NCBI RefSeq assembly: GCF_018350175.1
Contig: NC_058368.1
Span: 139,068,001 to 139,132,000 of the forward strand
DNA from: Felis catus
Lineage: Eukaryota
Reading direction: 5' to 3'
DNA length: 64,000 bases
In this document: one piece after another, positions 37,987 through 49,166 of the stretch
Layout: each line of letters opens with the position of its first letter
Position numbering within the stretch: the first letter of the stretch is position 1
The notes under the pieces: generated by a model
The model's database searches: none
Told to the model about the DNA's origin: nothing
The model's input: only the letters and a program-made list of their open reading frames with translations
Program-made: the position numbers and the translations under genes

Positions 37987-39074
37987 TGTAGTTCTCCTTT
38001 TTAGTGGGATCTTTGGTTTTGAAATCAAAGTAATACTGGCCTCGCAGAATCAGTCTGGAAGTTTTCCTTCCATTTCTATTCTTTGGAATCGCTTCAAAAG
38101 AATAGGTGTTAACTCTTCTTTAAATGTTTGGTAGAATTCCCCCAGAAAGCCATCTGGCCCTGAACTCTTCTTTATTGGGACATTTTTGGTCTGTGATCCA
38201 ATTTCTTTACTGTTAATGGGTCTGTTCAAATTTTCTATTTCTTCCTGTTTCGGTTTTGGTAGTTTATATGTTTCTAGGAATTTGTCCACTTCTTCCAGAC
38301 TGCCCAATTTGTTTGCATATAATTGCTCCTCATATTCTCTTACTATTGCTTGTACTTCTGCAGTGTTGGTTGTGATCTCTCCTCTTTCACTCGTGATTTT
38401 ATTTACTTGGGTCCTTTCCCTTTTCTTTTTGATCAATCTGGCTAGGGAATATTCTACTTTTCTTAATTCTTTCAAAGAACCATCACCTCATTTCATTGAT
38501 CTGTTCTACTGTTTTGTTTTTTATATTTTAAGATCATTGACTTGTTCTCTAATCTTTATTTTTTCCCTTTTTCTGCTGGCTTTGGGTTTTATTTGCTGTT
38601 ATTTTTCCAGCTCTTTTAGGTGTAAGGTTAGGTTGTGTATTTGAGACTTTTCTTCCTTCTTTAGGAAGGTGTGAATTGCTATATGCTTCTCTCTTATGAC
38701 TGCCTTTGCTGCATGTCAGAGGTTTTGGGCTGTCATGTTTTCATTTTTAATTTCAGCCTGACTAGATTTTATTTCTTCTATCTCCGCAAAAAAGGATTCT
38801 TTTCTGTCTTCTATGCTTTTTTCAACCCCAGCCAGTATTCTTAACATGGTTCTAAATTCTGGTTCAGATATCTTATTTATATCTGTGTTAAGTCCCTTGC
38901 TGTTATTTCTTCCTGTTCTTTCTATTGCGGTGAATTCCTTCATTTTGTCATTTTGGAGGAAGAAAAAATTAATAAAATAAAAAATATTAAAAAATTAGTA
39001 ACAAAACAAAAAAATCAAACAAAGGAAGAAGCTAGATCCTAGGTGTGTTTCTGCTTGCTTAAAGAAGCTTGATA

Positions 39075-39320
39075 GGGGGGCGCCTGGGTGGCGCGGTCGG
39101 TTAAACGTCCGACTTCGGCCAGGTCACGATCTCGCGGTCCGTGAGTTCGAGCCCCGTGTCGGGCTCTGGGCTGATGGCTCAGAGCCTGGAGCCTGTTTCC
39201 GTTTCTGTGTCTCCCTCTCTCTCTGCCCCTCACCCGTTCATGCTCTGTCTCTCTCTGTCCCAAAAATAAATAAACGTTGGAAAAAAAAAAAAATTTTTTT
39301 TTAAAATTAAAAAAAAAAAA
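39075..39320 (+). mobile_element. Young SINEC_Fc-type SINE nested in the intron 1 L1
   Basis: TSD AAAGAAGCTTGATAG. Confidence 0.95.
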
Positions 39321-40813
39321 GAAGCTTGATAGAATACAGAAAAAAGGTAAAGAAAAAATGTTAAAGTTAAAAAAATTATAGAATAAAATAAATAAAATGA
39401 AATAGAATAAAAAATTTGTTTAAATAAAAATCAAAGTAAAAAAATTTTTTAAAATTTTCTTTCTGTATCCATGAAAGAAAAAAAAGGAAACAATTTAAGC
39501 AAAAACAGAAGCAAAGAAAATGAACAAATGAACCAGCAAACAGAATGAAACCCGAATGAAGTTATATGCAGTCTCCCCTAGAAATGAAACTATGAAGCAC
39601 TCTGCGTTCTGTACATTAAGCCGGTGGAGTGACTTGTGCTGATCTTCTGGGGGATGTGCTTGATGGGCACAGTTGGGTGGGGCTCTGTTCTCCACTAGGT
39701 GGCGCTGCTTACCTTACTGGGGTGGCACATGTGTGCAAGTACGGGGGAAGTGGAAATGGCTTCACCCAGCTCCCTCCTCTCTGTTACAGGACATTTGCGC
39801 TCTCACCCAACCATGATCAAGTACCTCTCCTCCATCTCAGGCCTCTGTCCACCCCCTGTCTCTACCCTGTAAGCTGTCCGCCCGCCTTCCAGGTGCCACC
39901 TCCCTCCAGAGTTTTATCTCACATGGGGTTGTGTTTCAAAACTCCACACTTGAGAGGACCCTGCAGCATGGACCCACACCAACCCTCTGGGGGAGGGTCT
40001 CACTGAGCAATGGCCGGGTGCCGGCTTGCCTCAGAAAACATTCATGCAATAGTGCAGCAGCAGAGTTTCAGAAATTATCGCAAACCACAACACACAGCCA
40101 GCATCAAGTTTTACTGCACTCTGGTATCTTTGTCCCAATACCAGCAAACGTGGCTGCTCTCCAGGGTCCACTGGGACCTTGGCCCAGGAGAGGCCATATG
40201 GCCTTTACCAAACGTACTCCAAGCAGGGGAACCACTTCTCCCCATGTGACACAGGGACCCCTCAGACCCTGCTGCCTACTCCTGGGGATTCACCCTAATT
40301 CCTCCCTAGAGCACCACCAGTCACCGAGCTCTGAAACTTCAGACTCTGCTCTCCAATGTTAATAGAATCCTGGGGGTACTAAAACCCTCTACTTTCACCC
40401 TGTCAGTAGTTTTGGAGAACAGATTTCTTGTTCAGTCCCCTGCAAGTGTTTTCACTCTTTCTCTTTCTCTCCAGCTACTTTCAGAGAGTGCTTTTCTTGC
40501 ACAATCCTGATGCACTGCACTATCCCCTTTTCTTCTGTGCTCTCTCCATGAAAATGGCTCCCTACCCTCCATGGCTTTTCTCTCCACCAGTTCACCTCTC
40601 TGTACCGAGTACCTGCCAAGTTTTGTGGCTCAAGTTATGCAGATTGTTGTGTTAATCCTCAGATCAATTTCCTAGGTGTTCAAAATGGTCTGGTGCTGAT
40701 CTAGCTGCATTTCAGGGATTAGACAACCTCAGGGTCTCCATGCTGCTCTGCCATCTTAACTCCTCCCCTCCAAAACTAAGGAACTTTAGTTTAAAAATAT
40801 TTACTGAATTGAT

Positions 40814-41010
40814 GGGGTGTTTGGGTGGCTCAGTCGGTTAAGCATCTGACTCTTGGTTTCGACCTGAGTCAAGATCTGTTTCTGAGTTGGAGCCCTACAC
40901 TGGTCTCTGTGCTGACAGCATGGAGCCTGCTTGGGATTCTCTCTCTTCCTCTCTCTCTGCCCCTCCCCTGCTTGCACTCTCTCTCTTTCTCTCAAAATAA
41001 ATAAACTTAA
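40814..41010 (+). mobile_element. Carnivore SINE
   Basis: TSD AAAATATTTACTGAA. Confidence 0.9.
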
Positions 41011-41384
41011 AAATTAAAAACAAAAATATTTACTGAACTGAATATTCACTATGTTTCAAGTACACTATCAAGGCTATGAAAAATTCATAGAAGTATCTGA
41101 CACTGGGTGGGGAGCAGGGAGATAGACTGTGTGCTATGTTATACAAGAATCCATGTCAAAATTCATTATTCTTCCTCCTAAATCTGTTCCTGTGTCTTGG
41201 AACAGGCATATTCACTAGCCCTCATTTAGGAAGTCATCAAATCCTTTTGATTTTATTTCCTAAATATACCTTGAATCCAATCCCTCTTCATTTCCAGTAC
41301 CAAACAATGTTTGCAGTATCATGCATGTTAGATCCATTCTAAAATAGAACAGATTTTAACACAATAAAATACGAAAAAACTCAC

Positions 41385-41870
41385 TAACAGGGTTTGACTT
41401 CACATTGCACTAAGAAACTACCACTTGTCAAAAGCCTGGTAAAGTCATGCACAATTTTCTGAAAAGACTATTAAAATACTCTTCCTTTTCTCAACCACCT
41501 ATATGTATGAGGCTGGACTTACTTCAGAAGTTCAATCAAAAATAAAAAACATACATATATAGTAACAAATACAGAAGGTGATATGAGATGTCAGCTGTAT
41601 TCTGTTATGCTCAAAATTAAAGAGATTTGTAAAACTAAGGCAGTGTAAAAGATTCCTCAAATGAAATTATTTTTCTTTTGGAAAATAATAGGTTATTTCC
41701 CATAAAACTGTGTAACTTACATCAACAATTAGTTGATTTACTGTTTAAGTGAATTACTAAAATATTTTAAAGTTTTGTTTTAATATCTAAAGATTAAATA
41801 TGAATTATAACACACATAAACAAAACTCTTTGGAGTTCTGAATCATTTTTAAGAGTGTGAAGAGTTCCTT
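41385..41870 (+). mobile_element. Charlie1-type hAT fragment
   Basis: aagaaactaccacttgtc...tgaggctgga...aaagagatttgtaaaa...tttttaagagtgtgaag. Confidence 0.65.
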
Positions 41871-44793
41871 TAGCTACATTTTTAAAACTTATTCCAACAC
41901 CCTGTTTCCCCAAGTGAATGCCCATGATTATTTTAGGTTCTAAGAAAAAAAAATGATTTACCAAATATCAGAAAAACTAGCCAAGAGAATCCATTTTGTA
42001 GACAGTAATGCTTAAGAAGTTAAAATTATTTGCTTTAAAAGGTGAATTTAAGGAAAAATATTAAGGAAATAATAACATAGCTGACATTCAGATATGCCAG
42101 TCTCAAAAAGTAGTACTCAAATCACTGAAGTGGGAAATAATGCTTTAATCCATTCTTTACACATATCCTTCAAATAAACAACATCCTCTTGTCACTTCCC
42201 TACTCAAAACATTTAAAGGTTCTTAATACAACAAAACCTGTCCCAAACTACCTTCATGACTTGTACTCTCCTATTCCCTACTCTAAACCAGGGAGCTGTA
42301 GCCAAAATTCCCCAGGAACACCATGCTATGGCATCTTCACATCTTTGTATGTAATGTTGCCACAGCCTGAAAGCAGTCCTAGAATCCCAAGACCCCACAC
42401 CTGGTAAATTTCCATTCAATCTTCAAGTCCCAGCTTGGAACCTTTTCCTAATTTCCTAGAAAGTTTTAATACCACCTTCTCTATGTTTTTATAACACTCA
42501 GAACTTATATTTACTCATGACATATAACATATTTATAAGCTATCTCCACTACTGTGAGCTCTCCAAAAGGAAGGATCTTCCACTAACACTGCCCAGCACA
42601 ATGCTACACTTTTTGATCTGTTAAGTTCATTAGGGCCCTCCAGTGATTTTCTTCTTCCCTGTGGATCAATGATCTTCAACAAAAATGGATGCCTACTACT
42701 GGTGCTATAAAGTGAGTTATTCTATAAGGCCCAGACCTCCTTAGGCCTTGGAGAATAAAGAACTCACTAAATGTTGTAACACCTGATGGTACAAAAGCAA
42801 TAATGAGGGGAAAAAAGGCGAACTACCCATTCTACATTACTAGCAACAAGTTACACTATGAACAAATACAAAGAACTCATGGTTTGTTTGTTTTTAAAAA
42901 CAACAGTAGAGAATCATGCCTGTAAAACTTAATATACAAAAACAGAAATCATGGACCACTAAAGAACAAGCACAAAATACATCAGTATGCAAGCAAAATG
43001 AAGATGATGTTGCTAAGAATCAAGTAATATATGAAAAAAGATGCTACAGCATCAAGTTCAAATGGTCTGTTTGCAGATGATATTTGTCACTGTACTTAGT
43101 AATTTCTCCTCAATTAGAAACTTCATTTCAGATTTGTGTCATATTCAATGTTTTTAGAAAAATATCAAGTTTGAATTAGCCCAATATGTTTATTATTAAT
43201 GTCAATCCCTAATATCTTTGCTTTTTCTCTTTATGTTGACTAGGTCATCTTGTGCCATCAATCTAAACACTCGTTTTTATTTATTTCTAGCAGAAGTTCT
43301 AAAACAAATCATCTAAAGTGAGGTACATTTTATCTAAATTTTAAAAATCAGTTCTAGCCTTTAACTTCATTCAAGAAAAAAGTTTGCCCAATTAACTTTT
43401 ACTCGCTAAAGGAAAAAAAAAAGCTCAGGTAAAGATACTCTTAAATTTAGATCAACTGGACTGATAAAGCACTTCACAATTCCCCTGTTCATCTACATTT
43501 ACTGCAGCAACACAGGGAATTGGTTATCAGAAATAAAAAAAAGTAAGTAACACATGATCCCCAACCTCAAGAAAAAGGTTAGCTTTAAAAATTCTATTCT
43601 GTCTCATGCATATCACAGTAGTAACTATTTCATTCATGGCAATTTTTACAAAGGTCTTACCATACCTATTCTTTAATGTAAAGAAGCTTGACTTTTTTAA
43701 CCACACAAAATCAATTTATAAATCAGCTTTCACAACCTCCAGACGTTTCACTTATAATCTCATCTATATCAATAAATTCTACCTAAAGTTTCATCCAGAT
43801 CAGAAGAATGCACTTTTATGCTTCTAACTACCAGCATGCAAACAACAGATAGCTACTATAGACTTTAATAGGTAAAAAGAAGTGATGATATCCAATTTAG
43901 CTACTACCATATATATAGGAAGTAAGTTTCTCTAAGAGTTTTGCTGACATTAATCTGCTTAAGCAACCATTTTTAACCTGCAATCACAGCTGAAAGTAAG
44001 AACAAATGATAAACAACATAGCCAACCACTTTGCCGCCTCTATTTTACACAAATCAAAATGTGACAACTGCTTAACCTTTAGAACTTCATTTATTTTCTG
44101 TTCTTGATTCAAAAGGCAAAGAGCGTATGAGTGGCTTTGACAATCATAAATGAAAAAACATACTGCTGATCTCACAACTTAAACCTACTAAAAGTTTCCA
44201 TAAGCTGAAAGAACTACAACAGGAAACAATAAGGATAAATTTCACAATGTTAACCAAACGAAACCAACACAAAAGGGTTCATACTGTATGATTCCTATTA
44301 CGTAAAGTATAAAATGGGCAAAGCTAATCCATTCTGCTACAAGTCAGGATAGTTCTTCTACTTGGGAGTCCAGTGACTGGAAAGAGGCATGAGGAGGACT
44401 TCTGAGGTGCAGGCTAATATAATTTCTTGATTCGGGTGTGAATTACAGGGTGTGGTCAGAGTCTGAAAACTCACTGAAGCATATGTCTATAGTATGCATT
44501 GTTCTGCGTGTATGTTACAATGCAATGAAAGTCTTTTAAAAACTTTTCATAAACTTCTAATTATAATACAAACTTCAAGTGGACCCTTCCCTTGTGGTGC
44601 AAAGATCCTACTAGTTTAGAGGACTTGCTGGAGTCCCAATTCTGTGATCTTTAATGTATCAGTTAAAATCTCTGAGCCTATCTTTCCATCTATAACACTA
44701 CGGGATCAGTATGAGAATTAAGTTCATTTATTCAACAAGAATTTACTGTTGTTGTATCTACCACTGCCTTCTAAGTAAAGGGATTAAAGTTTC

Positions 44794-45335
44794 TGATGCA
44801 TAGGGGCACTTGTACCCCAACGTTTATAGCAGCACTCTCAACAATAGCCAAATTATGGAAAGAGCCTAAATGTCCATCAACTGATGAATGGATAAAGAAA
44901 TTGTGGTTTATATACACAATGGAGTACTATGTGGCAATGAGAACGAAATATGGCCCTTTGTAGCAACGTGGACGGAACTGGAGAGTGATATGCTAAGTGA
45001 AATAAGCCATACAGAGAAAGACAGATACCATATGTTTTCACTGTTATGTGGATCCTGAGAAACTTAACAGGAACCCATGGGGGAGGGGAAGGAAAAAAAA
45101 AAAAAAAAGAGGTTAGAGTGGGAGAGAGCCAAAGCATAAGAGACTCTTAAAAAATGAGAACAAACTGAGGGCTGATGGGGGGTGGAAGGGAGGGGAGGGT
45201 GGGTGATGGGTACTGAAGAGGGCATCTTTTGGAATAAGCACTGGGTGTTGTATGGAAACCAATTTGTCAATAAATTTCATATATTTAAAAAAAATTAATA
45301 CAATACAATAAAATAAAATAAAATTAAAATAAAAT
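44794..45335 (+). mobile_element. 5'-truncated young felid L1 3' end
   Basis: ORF2 C-terminus plus G-rich 3'UTR, AATAAA and A-rich tail. Confidence 0.88.
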
Positions 45336-45523
45336 TAGTGTACAAAAGACATCCTTGGGTTCATACTGTCTATATCTTATTTGGTGGAAATAGACAAAAG
45401 GAATAAATAAAATACATAGCATCTCATATAGTAATACGTGCTACAGAGAATTAGGAAAGAAAAATTGGGCAGTAACTGTAACCAAGGTCACTTACTCAAG
45501 TGACATTTAAATGACATTTAAGC

Positions 45524-46535
45524 TGAGAGAAGACATTTGCAAATGACATATCAGATAAACGGTTAGTATCCAAAATCTGTAAAGAACTTATCAAACTCAA
45601 CACCCAAAAAACAAATAATCCAGTGAAGAAATGGGCAAAAGACATGAATAGACACTTCTCCAAGGAAGACATCCAGATGACCAACCAACACATGAAAAAA
45701 TGCTCAACATCAGTCATCATCAGGGAAATACAAATCAACACCACAATGAGATACCACCTTACACCTGTCAGAATGGCTAACATTAACAACTCAGACGACA
45801 ACAGATGTTGGGGAGGATGCGGAGAAAGAGGATCTCTTTTGCATTGTTGGTGGGAATGCAAGCTGGTGCAGCCACTCTGGAAAACAGTATGGAGGTTCCT
45901 CAAAAAACTAAAAACAGAACTACCGCAGGACCCAGCAATAGCACTATTGGCATTTATCCAAGGGATACAGGTGTGCTGTTTTGAAAGGACACATGCACCC
46001 CAATGTTTATAGCAGCACTATCCACAATAGCCAAAGTATGGAAAGAGCCCAAATGTCTATCGATGGACGAATGGATAAACACGTGGTGTATATATATACG
46101 TGTACGCATACATACACGTATATATATACATACACACACACACATACAATGGAGTATCACTTGGCAATCAAAAAGAATGAAATCTTGCCATTTGCAACTA
46201 TGTGGATGGAACTGGAGGGTATTATGCTAAGCGAAATTAGAAAAAGACAAATATATGATTTCAATCACATGAGGACTTTAAGACAGAACAGATAAACACA
46301 AGGGAAGGGAAGCAAAAATAATATAAAAACAGGGAGGGTGACAAAACAGAAGAGACTCTTAAATATGGAGAACAAACAGAGGGTTCCTGGAGGGGCTGCG
46401 GGAAGGGGGGTGGGCTAAATGGGTAAGGGGCACTAAGGAGTCTACTCCTGAAATCACTGTTGCACTATATGCTAACTTGGATGTAAATTTAAAAAATAAA
46501 GTAAAATAAAATAAATTAAAAAACAAAACAAAAAT
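45524..46535 (+). mobile_element. 5'-truncated L1 (about 1 kb), different 3'UTR type
   Basis: ORF2 C-terminus (HMKKCSTS..., [14 protein letters not shown]); TSD AAATGACATTTAAGC at 45509-45523 and 46536-46550. Confidence 0.93.
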
Positions 46536-46955
46536 AAATGACATTTAAGCAAAGAACTCAAGTGTGTGAAGCAATACCTGGGGGAAGTGTATTCTAGAGA
46601 GATTAGGTAATGTATTGCACCTGAAAATGCACAAATGTCAGAATTAGGGTTTTAAAGAAAATAAATCACATTAGAAGATAGAGCCATGAAAAACTGCCTC
46701 GAATCCATACACTGAGATTGAGGGGGAGGATGAAGGCCTTCGGGGGGGGGGATCCTTTCCTCCTCCTCCGTGGCTGGCTGTTGTATCCCACAAGGGGGCA
46801 CGGCGGCCAAGGGGGCAGGGTCATAGGCACGCGGGAGTCGCAACGCGCGGTCCGCGACCCACCTGGCACTGGAGCGCATACCGGAGGTCGGCTTTTTCCC
46901 ACCAGGTGCTGAGAGCCGCCGGTGCAGACCGCGCCGAAGTCCGCAAAGGCCTCAC

Positions 46956-47050
46956 CGTCACGATACACTACTTCGGCGAAAGCCCTAGTACCACCAGAAA
47001 GGAACTTCGAGCTTCCTCACCCACGTCCTCCGGACGCCGCACTCCACCAC
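46956..47050 (-). other. GFM2: Probable non-coding exon 1 of GFM2 (5' end approximate)
   Basis: In CpG island, ends at donor ACG|GTGAGG (46955); no ATG; a second possible donor TGG|GTGAGG at 47020. Confidence 0.65.
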
Positions 47051-47279
47051 TTCCGGCGGTGCACCACCCAAATGCCTCCTGTCGGCAACTTCCGCCCTTC
47101 TATCTAAATGTCAAAACCCCAGGTTCGGAACTGATGTGTCGCGCTTTCTCCGCACTCGGTCGTTTTAGAACTCTTTCCCGTCGGGGTGCGTGGAGTGAAC
47201 TCGCGGGTCTGTGAGACCCGAAAATTGAGAGCTTCTTTGCGCCCCGGCACCTGCGCCCGGCGGCTCTGCGGCTGTCACC

Positions 47280-47282
47280 ATG
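47280..47282 (+). CDS. NSA2: NSA2 exon 1 coding part (ATG only)
   Basis: GTCACC-ATG followed directly by donor GTGAG; exon 2 starts with the Pro2 codon. Confidence 0.92.
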
Positions 47283-47854
47283 GTGAGGGGGGTAGTTTCG
47301 GGAGCTCGGGTCGTAGGGCTACAGAGCTGGTGGAGGGCGAGGGCCCTCGGGCGGGGGCCCTGGGGTGAGGGGTGGTAGGCGGAAGGGAGGTACTGCTGAA
47401 GGGAAGGGTGGGCTCGGTTGAGTGAAAAAAAACTTGTTTGGGGGACACAGAGTCTGTTAAATTGCCGGCTTCGCCACGTGTTGCGTGTCGTCAGTGCCAG
47501 AGCCTAGCGATATCCTTCTGCCGCCTCGTTTTATTGCTGAGGAAACGGAGCCAGGCATACAGCACAGATCTGCCACATCTGCCCTCTTTCTACTGAATCT
47601 TTAGTGTTTCTCTGCAAAGTGGTATTCCCACGTACCTTCCTGGTGGTTGCCGCAACGTTTATGTGATAGCGGTTGAAAACACCGCAGCTGATACGTAGTA
47701 CCTGGTTGACTGTCACTCGGCATTATTCTCTGTGCTGGAGTTGACTGCGTCATTATTTTATTTTTGCAGTCTTAAAATACAAATGGACTGTAGCCACATG
47801 TTTAAAATAAAAGTGGCCATGTAAAATAAAACTGGCCCTTAAAAAGCAAAAGGG

Positions 47855-48360
47855 GATCCGAGGCGTTGCTGGTGACAGCAAAAGAGTACAACCACTTTTG
47901 AAAGCAGTTTGGCATATGACCACACAAAAGGCTTATGGGCGCGTGTTAATTCGCTAAAAACTGGGAACAACCCAAATACCCATCAGCTGGTCAGTATATC
48001 CGTACCTGGGACTCAAGGCAGTAACAAGGATTGAAGTACTGATGAATGTAACAACGTGGGGGATCTCAAAAGCCTTAAGTGAAAAGCTACACGCAAAAGG
48101 CTACAAATTGTTAATATGTAAGTTTCTATGCTCTGCAAAAGGCAAAACTAGAGTAATATACTACATACAGATTGGAGGTGGAAAAAAGGATTGCTTTCAA
48201 AGATATACAAGGAAGTTTTCTGAGGTAATGGAAAGACTCTCTTCCTCTCTCTGATTGTGGTGGTTACAAAACTGTTATAGTTTGTTAAAACTTAAAACTG
48301 TACACCTGCACCTTAAAAGGGCACATTTCATTATATGTAAATTGTATGTAAATAAAACTG
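47855..48360 (+). mobile_element. Ancient L1M 3' fragment in NSA2 intron 1
   Basis: accacttttgaaagcagtttggca...aactgggaacaacccaaat...attatatgtaaattgta. Confidence 0.6.
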
Positions 48361-48735
48361 ACTTACTAATTTTTTAAATAAAAAGGATGATGACGATATT
48401 GAAAAACCAGATTACTGATGTTAAGAAAAAAAAAAAAGAGAGAGAGAGAGATCCTGGAATCAGGTCATCCTTTTTGTGGGGCCAGTGGATTTTGGAAGTT
48501 CCTTTCAATGAACAGAAACTTTCACTGAGATTATGACAGATGTGAATCCTGATGCCTGATATCATCCAGGATCAAACATTTTTTAACTCACTTGACTAGG
48601 CTTAATAGCACAAGAGTTACTTAACCAAGTGAACATTTGGATAACATAAGGCCTTCTATACTTCATATGGTGCTCAGAAAGTTTTTTAACATAATTCTGT
48701 CATTTTCAAAATCAATGTTTCTTGCATTGTTACAG

Positions 48736-48923
48736 CCACAAAACGAATATATTGAGTTACACCGGAAGCGCTATGGCTATCGTTTGGATTACCATGAGAA
48801 AAAGAGAAAGAAGGAAGGTCGAGAGGCTCATGAACGTTCAAAGAAGGCAAAAAAGATGATTGGTCTGAAAGCTAAGCTCTACCATAAACAGCGCCATGCT
48901 GAGAAAATACAAATGAAAAAGAC
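48736..48923 (+). CDS. NSA2: NSA2 exon 2, [62 protein letters not shown]
   Basis: 188 nt, TACAG/GTAAGT boundaries. Confidence 0.97.
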
Positions 48924-49015
48924 GTAAGTGATCATTTCTTTGTTGTAACAAGTTAATGTCTTTTTAGTAATAGGTTTTAAAACGGATAATCTTGAATCTT
49001 TTTCTTTCTTGATAG

Positions 49016-49166
49016 TATCAAGATGCATGAAAAGAGAAACACCAAGCAAAAGAATGATGAAAAGACTCCACAAGGAGCAGTACCTGCGTATCTGCTGGAC
49101 AGGGAGGGACAGTCCCGAGCTAAAGTACTTTCCAATATGATTAAACAAAAACGAAAAGAGAAAGCA
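49016..49166 (+). CDS. NSA2: NSA2 exon 3, [50 protein letters not shown]
   Basis: 151 nt after a 92-nt intron, TAG/GTAAGT boundaries. Confidence 0.97.

Larger units (their letters stand above)
36532..40770 (-). mobile_element. Internally deleted carnivore LINE-1 in GFM2 intron 1 (sense to gene)
   Basis: 5' end GAGGGGAGGAGTTAAGATGGC, ORF1 N-terminus, ORF2 pieces (GPDGFLGEFYQTFKEE), 3'UTR, poly(A); TSD core AAAACTAAG at 36519-36527 and 40772-40780. Confidence 0.92.
46730..47530. promoter_or_regulatory. CpG island / bidirectional promoter of GFM2 and NSA2
   Basis: Sharp rise in GC and CpG; ETS/GABP motifs CCGGAAGTG (47048-47056, -) and GCGGAAGTT (47087-47095, -); TCT initiator CTCTTTCCC at 47171-47179; E-box CACGTG at 47475-47480. 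Confidence 0.88.

Noticed and set aside
46652..47368. Overlapping 60-102 aa ORFs across the CpG island
   Set aside because: Expected from stop-poor GC-rich DNA; they run through splice donors and resemble no known protein.
48387..48559. Possible box C/D snoRNA in NSA2 intron 1 (ATGATGA at 48387, CTGA at 48415, 48549, 48556)
   Set aside because: Box spacing is either too short or broken by an (A)n(GA)n tract, and I see no terminal stem or guide complementarity.
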